From Acidobacteriota bacterium (GTDB lineage: Bacteria; Acidobacteriota; Thermoanaerobaculia; Multivoradales; UBA5704): a DNA stretch of 64,000 nt. Below the pieces are notes generated by a model that ran no database searches, had not been told where the DNA came from, and saw nothing but the letters and a program-made list of their open reading frames with translations. Each line of letters begins with the position of its first letter. The stretch's first letter is position 1. Of this stretch, positions 30,201 to 42,200 are shown piece after piece. The stretch is from assembly GCA_040005235.1 (NCBI GenBank), contig JBDTZG010000001.1, positions 160,001 through 224,000 of the forward strand, given 5' to 3'. The position numbers and the translations under genes are program-made.

Positions 30201-33200
30201 CGGCGGCATCTGCCTCGCCCGCGGCTATCTCGACCGGCCGGCGATGACCGCCGCGGCATTCGTGCCGAACCCCTTCTCCGAGACCCCCGGCGAGCGGCTC
30301 TACGCCACAGGCGATCTCGCGAAGTGGCGCGCCGACGGCGCGATCGATTTCGTCGGCCGGATCGACGGCCAGATCAAGATCCGCGGCTTCCGCGTCGAGC
30401 TGGGGGAGATCGAAGCGGCTCTCTATCGCTGCCCGGGAGTGCGCGAAGCGGCGGTGATCGATCGCGAGGACACGCCGGGCCAGAAGCGGCTGGTGGCCTA
30501 CTTCGTCCCTGAGGTCGCCGATGCCGAGGCGCCTGCGGAACCCTCCGATCTACCGCGCGCGTTGCGCGAGCGGCTCGCCGCCGAGCTGCCGGCCTACATG
30601 GTGCCCGCGGCGTTCGTGGCGATTGAAAAGCTGCCGCTTTCGCCGACCGGAAAAGTCGATCGCAAAGCGCTCCCCGCGCCTCCCGCCGAAGCGGCGACCG
30701 TCTCCGGCTACGCGCCGCCGCGTACCGAGACCGAGACGCTGCTCGCGGCGATCTGGGCCGAGGCGCTCGGTCTCTCCCGCGTCGGCATTCACGACAACTA
30801 TTTCGCGCTCGGCGGCGACTCGATCCTGTCGATCCAGATCGTCGCGCGGGCCAACCAGGCCGGCTGCCGCATCGCGCCGCGCCAGCTGTTCCAGCACCAG
30901 ACCGTGGCCGAGCTGGCCGCCGTCGCCGGCACCATCGACGCGGTCGAAGCGGAGCAGGGAGCGGTGACTGGCGAGGCGCCGCTGTCGCCGATCCAAAGCT
31001 GGTTCCTCGCGAGCGACCGGCCCGACCGCCACTGGTTCAACCAGTCATTCCTGGTGAGCGTCGAGCGCGGGGTCGAACCGGCGGCGGTCGAGCAGGCGAT
31101 CTCAACTCTCGTCGAGCATCACGACGCGCTGAGGCTGCGGTTCGAAAAAAAGCTCACCGAGGGATGGAGGCAAGAGCTGGCGCCGGTGGGTTCCGCGAGC
31201 GACCTGCCCTTTGTGCACGTCGACCTCTCGGATCTGCCGGTAGGGGAGCGGCGAGCCGCGCTCGAAGCGAAATGCGCCGCCCTGCAGTCGAGCCTCGATC
31301 TTGAAAATGGACCGATCCTCCGCGCCGCCCTGTTCGATCTAGGTGCCGACGAGCCGCGCCGGCTGTTGCTCGCGATCCATCACCTCGCGGTCGACGGCGT
31401 TTCCTGGCGCATTCTGTTCGAAGACCTGGAGAATGCGCTCGCGGGCCGCGACCTGCCGGCCAAGACCACCTCGTGGAAAGCCTGGACCGAGAAGCTCGCG
31501 GCGCTTGACCTCGAAGGCGAAGCCGCCGATTGGCAAGACCGGCCGGAGATCTCGTTCCGACTGCCGATCGAGCCGCGCGGCGAGAATCTCGTCTCCGCCG
31601 CCAAGAGCGTCGCGGTCTCTTTCGACGCCGAAGAGACTCGCAGCCTGCTCCAAGCGCCCGCTGCTTACCGAGCGCAGATCCAGGACCTTCTGCTCACCGC
31701 CCTCCAAGCCACCCTCGCCGGCGATTCGCCGTTGCCGATCGAGCTGGAAGGCCACGGCCGCGAAGAGGATCTCGTCCCGAACGTCGACCTCACCCGCACC
31801 GTCGGCTGGTTCACCACGCTCTATCCGGTCACCCTCGAAGTCCCCGCGAACGCCGGCCCCGGAGAGCGCCTGAAGTCGATCAAAGAACGCCTCCACACCC
31901 TCCCGAGCCGAGGCTTGAGCCACGGCGTTCTCCGCTGGCTCGGACGGTCCGAAACGCGCACAGCGCTCGCCGCTTTTTCCCCCCCTGAGGTTTCTTTCAA
32001 CTACCTCGGGCAGGCCGACGCGTCCGCCCGCGGAGCGGGGCAAGCCTCTTCCGCCTCGCCTTCCACCCTCGCTATCGCCCGCGAAAACCCCGGCCCCACC
32101 CTCTCGCCGCTCGCCACCCGCGCGCACGAGCTGGCAGTCTCGGCCGTGATCTCGGGCGGCGCCCTCCGCGTCGAGCTGATCTACGGCGCCGAGCGGCTGG
32201 CCAAAGAAACCGTCGAAGCCTGGGCCGCCGCCTTCCGCGCGGAAGCCCTCGCGCTCGCCGAGCACTGCGCTTCGCCCGAGGCGTTCGGCTACACGCCATC
32301 GGACTTCCCGCTCGCCCGCCTCGACCAGGCCACGATCGACCGCCTGTTCGGCGACGATCGCACGGTCGAAGATGTCTATCCGCTCGCGCCGCTCCAGGAG
32401 GGGATGGTGTTCCAAACCCTCGCGGCGCCCCGCTCGGGGGTCTATTACGAGCAGCTTGCGGCGACCCTTTCCGGCCCGGTCGACGACAACCTGTTCGGCC
32501 GCGCGCTCGCCGGGGTCCTCGCCCGGCACCCGATCCTCCGCACCTCGTTCCGTTGGCAGGGGAGCGAAAGCCTCCTGCAAGTCGTCCAACACCAAGTCGA
32601 GCCGCCGCTGCTGATCGACGATTGGCGCGACGTACCGGCCGGCGAGATCCCGGGGCGCCTCGCGGCGCTGCTCGAAGCCGACCGCCGCGCCGGATTCGCG
32701 CTCGACCGCGCGCCGCTGGTCGCCGCGCGGCTGATCCGCACCGACGAGGACGAGCGGACCCTCGTGCTCGCGAACCATCACGCGATCCTCGACGGCTGGT
32801 CGTACCAGTCGTTCACCGCCGAGCTGTTCGCGCTTTACGCCGGCCTGCGCTCCGGCCGCGCGCCCGAGCTGCCGCACCGCCGCCCCTACCGCGACTACAT
32901 CGCCTGGCTCGTCACCCGCGACCGGGGCGCTTCCGAGGCCTATTGGCGACGCGCCCTCGCCGGCTTCCGCGAGCCGACGCCGCTGGTCGTCGATCGTCCG
33001 GCGCCTCTCGGCCGGACGGGGCACGACGCCGGCACGGTCGAGCGCTCGCTGCCGCGCGCGACCAGCGACGCGCTCGATGCCCTCGCCCGACGCGAGCAGG
33101 TGACGCTCAATACGGTGGTCCAGGCGGCGACTGGATTGCTGTTCGCCCGCTACTCGGGGCAAGACGACGTGGTCTTCGGGACCGCGGTCTCCGGCCGGCC

Positions 33201-36200
33201 GCCGGGCCTTGCCGGCATTGAGAGCATGCTCGGGCTGTTCTTGAACACGCTGCCCGCGCGCGTCGTCTCGCCGCCCGACCGGGCGCTCGGGGCGCAGCTA
33301 CGCGACGTCCAGGAGCGCCAGCTCGAAATGCGCGAGCACGAGCACAGCGCTCTGGTCGACGTCCAATCGTGGAGCGAGGTCGATCCCGGCCGCCCGTTGT
33401 TCCAATCGATCCTGGTGTTCGAGAGCTATCCGCGCGAGAAGGCGGTCGCCCAAAGCGCCGCCGCGGAAGCGGGCGCCGAGCCGTTCGCCGCGGTTCGCGA
33501 CGTGCGTTTCGAGGAACGGACCAACCTGCCGCTCGCGCTCGTCGCGGCGCCGCTCGACCGGTTGTTTCTGCGCGCCTCGTTCGACACCGACCGGTTCGAC
33601 GCGGCGACCGCCACCAGGCTGGTCGACCACCTGGAAAACCTGCTCGCCGCGATGGCGAATGCGCCCGAGGCCGCTCTCCGCGAGCTGGCGCTCCTGTCGC
33701 CGGCCGAAGCGGCCGCGCTGGTTTCAGTGCCGCAACCGGCCGACGCCCAAGGGAGCTTTTGCCTCCATCGCCGCTTCGAGCAGATCGCTTCCGAACGACC
33801 GCTCGCGCCGGCCGTCACCTTCGGCGCCGAGACGATTCCTTACGGCGACCTCGAAGCCCGGGCGAACCGCCTGGCGCATCGGCTCCGCGCGCTCGGCGTC
33901 GGCCCCGAGGTGCGGGTCGCCCTCTGCCTCGACCGGACGGCCGAGATGCTGGTCGCGATCCTCGCCGTGCTCAAAGCCGGCGGCGCCTACGTGCCGCTCG
34001 ATCCGACCTATGCGCAAGAGCGGCTCGGCTTCGTGCTCGCGGATGCCGAAACGCCGGTCGTGATCTCGCAAAGCGACCTGGCGGACGCCCTGCCGCCTTG
34101 TACAGGGGAAGAAGGCGGCGCCAGGCTGCTCCTGCTCGACCGCGAGGATTTCGCAGACGAAAGCGCGGCGCCGCTCGCCGATGGTGCGACGCCGGACAAC
34201 GCCGCCTATGTGATCTACACCTCGGGTTCTACGGGTAAGCCGAAAGGCGTCGTCGTCACGCATGCCAACGTCGCTCGGCTGTTCCGCTCGACCGACCGCT
34301 GGTTCGGCTTCGGCACCGACGACGTTTGGACGTTGTTCCATTCCTACGCCTTCGACTTCTCGGTCTGGGAAATCTGGGGTGCGCTGCTCTACGGCGGCCG
34401 GCTGGTGGTCGTCCCGTACGCGGTCAGCCGCTCGCCGCGCGATTTCCGCGCGTTGCTCGCCGCGGAGCGGGTCACCGTGTTGAACCAGACCCCGTCGGCG
34501 TTCCACCAGCTCCAGCGCGCGGACGAAGAGGCGGGGGAGGGGGCTTTCCCGCTCGCGCTGCGCACGGTGGTGTTCGGTGGCGAGGCGCTCGACCTCGGTG
34601 CCCTCGCCCCCTGGTTCGGCCGTCACCCGGAAGATCGCCCCCGCCTGGTCAACATGTACGGCATCACCGAGACCACCGTGCACGTCACGTATCGGCCGCT
34701 CGGCAAAGCGGATGTGGGCTCCGCGAGCGTGATCGGCGAAGCGATCCCCGACCTCGCGCTACGCCTGCTCGACGCGCGCGGCGATCTGGTGCCGGTGGGA
34801 GTGCCGGGGGAGATCCACGTGGTCGGCGACGGCCTCGCGCGGGGTTATCTCGCGCGCCCCGATTTGACCGCCGAGCGGTTTGTTCCCGACGCCTATTCAA
34901 CACTGCCCGGCGCTCGGTCGTACCGCTCGGGCGACCTCGCCCGGCGTCGCCCCGCGGCTTTGGACGTGACGCTCGAGCTCGAATATCTCGGGCGCATCGA
35001 CCTGCAGGTGAAGATCCGCGGCTTCCGCATCGAGCTGGGGGAGATCGAAGCGGCATTGACCGCGCACCCGAGCGTGCGCGAAGCGGTGGCGGTGGTGCGG
35101 GGCGACGGGGACGACCGGCGCCTGGTCGCCTACCTGGTGGCACCTCCGGACGCGCCGTTGGCCAGCTTCGAAGCGGAGCTGCGCGAGCACCTGCGCGCGC
35201 GCCTGCCGGAGCACATGCTGCCGTCGTTCCTGGTGCCGCTCGCCGCGCTGCCGCTCACCCCGAACGGCAAGGTGGACAAGAAGGCGCTGCCCGCGCCGGA
35301 GATCGACCTCGGGGGCGGGTTCACCCCGCCGGGCACGCCGCTCGAACTTCGCCTGGCCGAGATCTGGGAACGACTGCTCGGCGTCGCGGGCGTCGGCCTC
35401 GAATCCGATTTCTTCGCGCTCGGCGGCCACTCGCTGCTCGCGATGCGCCTGTCGTCGCACGTGCGCGAGGCGCTGGAGCTGGAAATCCCGGTCACCCTGG
35501 TGTTCGAGGAGCCCATCTTCGGCGCGTTCGCTCGCACGGTCGAGGGAATGATCGAAGGATTGGGCGAGGGGGTGGGCGGGACGGCCGGAAAAGCGGCTCG
35601 CAAGGCGCTCGACGCCACCTCCGCCGAGCCGGCGCTCGTCGCCCTCGCGCGCACCGGGCCGGTCGCGCTCTCCTACTCGCAGACGCGGCTTTTCATGTTC
35701 GACCGGCTGCGCCCCGGAGACACCCTTTACAACATGGGCGGCACGCAGCGCCTGGGCGCGCGGCTCCGGCTCGACCTGCTCGCCGCGGCCATCGACCAGG
35801 TGGTGCGCCGGCACGAATCGCTGCGCACGGGCTTTTCCGAGATCGACTCCCATCCGGTCCAGATGATCCACCGCGAGGTCGAGGTCCGGCCGCGGCTGAT
35901 CGATCTTTCCGCTCTCGCGCTCAGCCGATCGCCGGAACCCGAGATGGTGCGCCTGAGCGCGCTCCAGGTCGGCACTCCGTTCGATCTCGGCCGGCCGCCC
36001 CTTCTGTCGATCTGGCTGGTCCGGCTCGGTGCCGCGGGCGACGTCCTGCTCTACATGATGCACCACATCATTTCGGACGGCTGGTCGATGGGCGTTCTGG
36101 TCTCCGAGCTTTCCGCGGCCTATGAGGCCTTGGCGGCCGGCCGATGGCCCGACCTGCCGGCGCTGCCGGTGCAATATCCCGATTACGCGGTCTGGCAGCG

Positions 36201-39200
36201 CGACTGGTTCGAGCGCGGCGAGCTCGCCCGCCAGCTCGGCTACTGGCGCGAACGACTGGCCGGAGCGCAGCCGAGCGAGCTGCCGACGGATCGCAAGCGT
36301 CCGGCGGTGTCGAGCTTCCGCGGCAGGCGTTTCCGCACGGCGCTCGACAGCGCGACCTCGAATGCGCTCCTGGCGCTCGCGCACGATCACCGCGCGTCGA
36401 TCTTCATGATGGTGCTCGCCGGTTTCGACGCGATCATCGCCCGCTGGTCGGGCCGCGACGACGTCGTCGTCGGCTCGCCGATCGCCAACCGCCAGCGGCG
36501 CGAGATCGAGGGATTGATCGGCTTCTTCGTCAACACCCTGGTCCTGCGAACCGACCTTTCCGGCGATCCAAGCTTCGCCGAGGCGCTCGACCGGACCCGC
36601 GACGCGGCGCTCGGCGCGTTCGGCCATCAGGATCTGCCGTTCGAGCGCCTGGTCGAAGAGCTGGCGCCGCGCCGCGATCCGGCGCGCCATCCGCTGTTCC
36701 AGCTGCTGTTCAACCTGGTGAACACACCGAGCGAGACCTCGGCCAAGGGCTCTCCCGGGTTCACCGCGGAGGCGGATTCGCCGGCTCCTGAGCTGCAGTC
36801 GGCGACCGCGCTGTTCGACCTCCAACTGTTCGGGATCGAGACCCCCGGATCGATCCAGCTGGTCTGGGAGTACTCGCTCGACCTGTTCGAGGAGGCCACC
36901 GTCCGGCGTTTCGCCCGGGGCTTCACGAGCCTGCTCAAAGGTGCTCTCGCGCGGCCGGAGACCCGCCTCTCCGAGCTGCCGCTCCTTTCGGCCGCCGATC
37001 GGATCGAGCTGCTCGCCGCCGCCGCGGGGCCAAGCTCGAACCCGCTTCCCGACCATTTCCTTCACCAGCGTCTCGCCCGCGAGGCGGCGGCTCGACCGGA
37101 TGCCCCGGCGGTGCGGTTCGGCGGCCGGGTCGTGACCTACGCCGAGCTCGATGCCGCGTCGAACCGCGTGGCGCGCCACCTCCAGGCCCTCGGCTTCGGC
37201 GTGGAGCTCACGGTCGGCCTCTGCTTCGATCATTGCCCCGAGCTGCTGTTCGCTCTGTTCGGCGTGCTCAAGGCGGGCGCTTCCTTCCTGCCCTTGGACC
37301 CGGGTTACCCGGAAGAGCGGCTGTCGTATCAGATCGCCGACTCGGGTACTTTGGCGGTGCTCACCGACGAGGCGAACGAACCGCTCGCCCGGCTGCTCGG
37401 CGCGCCGCTGGTTATCTGCGTCGACGGCCCGGAGGTTGCGGGCGAGAGCGCGGAGGCGCCGGCGCCGGAAGGGTTCGAGCCGGAGCGCGCCGCCTACCTG
37501 CTCTATACCTCTGGATCGACCGGGCGGCCGAAAGGGGTGGTCGTCACCCATCGCGGCCTCGCGAGCCTGGGGGTCGAGCAGGGCCGCCTGTTCGGCGTCG
37601 CGCCGGAGGGTCGCGTGCTGCAGTTCGCCTCTCCCGCGTTCGACGCCTCGGTCTCCGAGATCGCGATGGCGGTCGAGGCGGGCGCCGCGCTGGTCATGGC
37701 GCCGCGCGAGGTGCTGTTGCCCGGCGCCGACTTCATCCGGCTGCTCAAGGACGAGCGGGTGACCACCGCGACGCTTCCTCCCTCCCTGCTCGCCACCCTG
37801 CCGGCCGGAACGGAGAGCGAGCTGCCGGACCTCGCCAACCTGATCGTCGCGGGCGAAAGCTGCCAGCCGAAGCTCGCCGCCCGATGGGCGGCAGGCCGGC
37901 GATTCCTCAATGCCTACGGGCCCACCGAGACCACCGTGTGCGGCACGGTCGCCGACCTGTCCGGCGCGACGCTCTCGGCCGATCGTCCGTTGCCGCTCGG
38001 CCAACCGCTCGCCCACGTCCAGGTCCGGGTCGTCGATCGCTGGTTCGAGCCGGTGCCGGTCGGCACTCCCGGCGAGATCGTCATCGGGGGCGTTGGCCTG
38101 GCCCGCAACTACCACGGCCGGCCCGATCTCACCGCCGAGCGCTTCGTGCCCGATCCGCTTGCCGGCGGGGAGGGCGACTCGCCGGGAGGCCGGATCTACC
38201 GGACCGGCGACCTCGCTCGCTGGCGGCCGGAGCCCCGGCAGCCGACCGGCCTCGACCTCGAATACCTCGGCCGGATCGATTTCCAGATCAAGATCCGCGG
38301 ATATCGCGTCGAGCTGGGGGAAATCGAGGCCGCCTTGACCGCTCACCCCGAGGTGCGCGAGGCGGTGGTGGTGGTCAAGGGCGAGGACGACGACCGGCGG
38401 TTGATCGCGTATCTGGCGGCGACACCTTCCCCGACCCTCGAAGCGGAGCTGCGCGAGCATCTGCGCACGATCCTCCCCGAGTACATGGTGCCGGGACGCT
38501 TCGCGATGCTCGCCGCGTTGCCCTTGACCCCGAACGGCAAGGTCGATCGCAAGGCGTTGCCGGAGCCCGGAGTGGAGCTGGTGGAGGGGGTCACCCCGCC
38601 GCGGACGCCGGTCGAGCGGCGCCTGGCCGAGATCTGGGAAGAGCTGCTGGCGGTCTCGGGCGTCGGGCTCGAATCCGCGTTCTTCGAGCTCGGTGGACAT
38701 TCGCTCCTCGCGATGCGATTGACCTCGCGCATCCTCGAAGGGTTGGGTCTCGACCTGCCGATGCAGGCGATCTTCGACGAGCCGACGCTCGAATCGTTGG
38801 CGGCCCGGATCGAAACCGGGTTGAAGGAGAGCCAAGGCGGGGTTGCCGCGCCCGCGCTCCTGCCGCTGTCGCGCGGCGAGGCGCTGCCGCTGTCGTTCGC
38901 GCAGACCCGCCTTTGGATGCTCGATCGCCTGCTTCCGGGCGGGTCGCTCTACAACATGGGCGGCCTTCAGCGTTTGGGGAGCGGTCTCCGTTTCGACCTG
39001 TTCGCCGCGGCGATCGAGATCGTGGTGCGCCGCCACGAGACGCTGCGCACGAGCTTCGACGAGATCGACCTGGCGCCGATTCAGATCATCCATCCGGAGG
39101 CCGCGGTGCGGCCCCGGCAGATCGACCTCGCCGCGCTCGCCGCGGGCGAACGCGAAATGCTGCGGCTCGGCGCGCTCCAGCTCGCCCAGCCGTTCGACCT

Positions 39201-42200
39201 CGGCCGGCCGACGCTCCTGCGCCTCTGGCTGGTCCGGCTCGCGACCGAGTCGGTGCTCCTCTACGTGATCCACCACATCGTCTCCGACGCCTGGTCGATG
39301 GGCCTCCTGATCTCGGAGATCACCGCGGCCTATGCCGCGCTCGCCGAAGGGCAGAGGCCGGACTTTCCCGAGCTGCCCATCCAGTACGCCGACTTTTCGG
39401 TCTGGCAGCGCGCCTGGTTCGAGGGCGGCGAATTGGACCGCCAGCTCGGCTACTGGCGGACCCAGCTCGCCGGCCTGCCGGCGACCGAGCTGCCCGTCGA
39501 CCGGCCGCGCCCGCCAGTGTCGAGCTACCGCGGCCGGCGGTTCCGCACCGCGCTCGCCACGGACGTCGCGGCCGCCCTCGGCACGCTGGCGCACGAGCGC
39601 CAGGCCTCGGCGTTCATGGTCCTGCTCGCCGGCTTCGACGCTCTGGTCGCCCGCTACGTCGGCCAGGACGACGTCGTCATCGGCACGCCGGTTGCGAACC
39701 GTCGCCGCCGCGAGGTCGAAGGGCTGATCGGATTCTTCGTCAACACCCTGGTGCTGCGCACCGACCTCGACGGCGACCCGAGCTTCGCCGAGGCGGTCGA
39801 TCGGACGCGGGAGACCGCGCTCGGCGCCTTCGCCCACCCGGATCTGCCTTTCGAGCGCCTGGTCGAAGAGCTGGCGCCGCATCGCGACATGGCGCGGAAC
39901 CCGCTGTTCCAGCTGATGTTCAACCTGATCGGTTCCTCTCAGGCCGAGGCGGGCGAACGCTCCGCCAAGTCTCCCCGGGATGTCGGATCTTCGCCGGCCC
40001 AGGACGCGACGGCGCTGTTCGACCTGCAGGTCTATGGGGTCGAAACCTCCGACTCGTTCGATCTCCATTGGGAATACTCGGTGGACCTGTTCGAAGAGGC
40101 GACGATGCGCCGCCTCGCCCGGGGTTATGAGTCGCTGCTCGCCGCCGCGGTGGCCCGGCCGGAATCGCGCCTGTCGGATGTTCCGCTCCTCTCCGCTGCG
40201 GAGCGCGCCGAGCTGGTCGCCGCCGGCACCGGTCGCGCGGCGGGCGCGAGCGGCCGGGTTCACGAGCGGATCCGCGAGCAGGCGGCGGCAACGCCCGCTG
40301 CGATCGCCTTCGCCGCCGGTTCCGACACCCTCACCTACGCCGAGCTGACGGCGCGGGCGAACCGGCTCGCGCGGCGCCTCGCCCGCCTGGGCGTCGGCGT
40401 CGAGTCGCGCGTCGGCATCGCGGTCGAGCGTTCGCTCGCGTTGCCGGTGGCGGCCCTGGGCGTGCTCGGTGCCGGCGCCTCCTACGTGCCGCTCGATCCG
40501 GCCTATCCGGCGGAGCGGCTCGCCTACATGGCCGCGGACGCCAGGCTCGCGGCGCTGGTCGTAAGCGGCGATCTGGAGGATCTCGATCGGCGCTTTGCCG
40601 CCTACGCGCCGGTCGTGGTGAGGATCGCGCCGGATGGCGAGATCGACGGCGCCGAGCTTTCGACCCCGTTGCCCTCCCGGGTCGGGGCGGAAAACCTGGC
40701 GTACACGATCTACACCTCGGGCTCAACCGGTCAGCCGAAGGGGGTCGAGCTGTCGCACGGTGCCCTCGCCAACTTCTTGGACGCGATGATCGAGCGTCCC
40801 GGCGTGGTCGCCTCCGACGTGCTGGTCTCGGTCACTTCCCTGTCGTTCGACATCGCGGGTTTGGAGCTGTACGCGCCGCTCCTGGTCGGGGCGCGGACCG
40901 TGATCGCGCGGCGCGACGAGGCGACGGACGGCAGCCTGCTCGCCGCGCTGCTCCGGCGGAGCGGCGCCACGGTGCTCCAGGCTACCCCTTCGGGTTGGCG
41001 GGTGTTGCTGGCCGCGGGCTGGACCGGCGATCGCAGCTTGAAGGCGCTGGTCGGCGGCGAGGCGCTCCCCCCGGCGTTGGCCGGCGAGCTGCGTTCGCTC
41101 GTCGGCTCGTTGTGGAACATGTACGGCCCGACCGAAACGGCGGTCTGGTCGACGCTCGACGAGGTGGGCGCGGGGCCGGTCTCGATCGGCCGGCCGATCG
41201 CTGCCACCCTAACCTACGTCGTCGATCGCCGGGGCGACCTGCTGCCGCAGGGGGTCCCCGGCGAGCTGTGGATCGGCGGCGCGGGCGTGGCGCGCGGCTA
41301 CCGCGGGCGCCCCGACCTCACCGCCGAGCGCTTTCTACCCGACCCCTGGTCGGCGGAGTCGGGCGCGCGCCTCTACCGCACCGGCGATCTCGGGCGCTGG
41401 CGCCCGGACGGTCGATTGGAGTGCCTCGGCCGGATCGACCATCAGGTGAAGGTGCGCGGCCATCGCATCGAGCTCGGCGAGATCGAAGCGGTGCTCGGCA
41501 GCCATCCGGCGGTCGCCGCCTCGGCGGTCACGCTGTTCGGCGAGGGCGAGGATCGGCGCCTCGCGGCCTACGTCGTCCTGCGGCCGGGAGAAGAAGAGGA
41601 GATCTCGCTGCGCGACGCGCTCGCGCCGTTCCTGCTCGAACGGCTGCCGGAGTCGATGATGCCTTCGGTCTTCGTCCGTTTGGCGGCGCTGCCGCTCACC
41701 CCCAACGGCAAGGTCGACCGCAAGGCGCTGCCGTCTCCCGACTTCGAGATGGGCGCTGCGGCGACCCCGCCGCGCACGCCTTTCGAGAAGCAGGTCGCGG
41801 CGATCTGGGAGGAGGTGCTCGGGGTCGCGGGCATCGGGGTCGAGTCCCATTTCTTCGCCCTCGGCGGCCATTCCCTTCTCGCGATGCGCTTGGCGTCGCG
41901 CCTGCGCGAAACGTTCGGCCTGGACCTGCCGCTGCGCGCCATTTTCGAGGCGTCGACGCTGGGCCTGTTCGCCGCCCGGGTCGAGGCCGCCCTGGCCGCC
42001 GGGTCCGAGGAAGCCGGAGGCGCCGAGGAGGCGCTCGTCCCCCTGCCGCGGACGGGGCCGCTGCCTCTGTCGTTCGCCCAGGCGCGGCTCTGGCTGCTCG
42101 ATCGGCTGGCTCCGGGCAATCCGTTCTACAACTTGGGCAGCGCGATCCACCTTGGACGGCGGCTGCGCTATGACCTGTTCTCCGCGGCGGTCGGCACGGT

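Noticed and set aside
34897-40263. Very long antisense and alternate-frame ORFs across the NRPS (1788 aa here; also 10011-13997, 6681-9755, 37233-40130, 43263-46094)
   Set aside because: Shadow ORFs caused by high-GC codon bias. They are Arg/Ala/Gly-rich, lack motifs and fully overlap clear NRPS domains.
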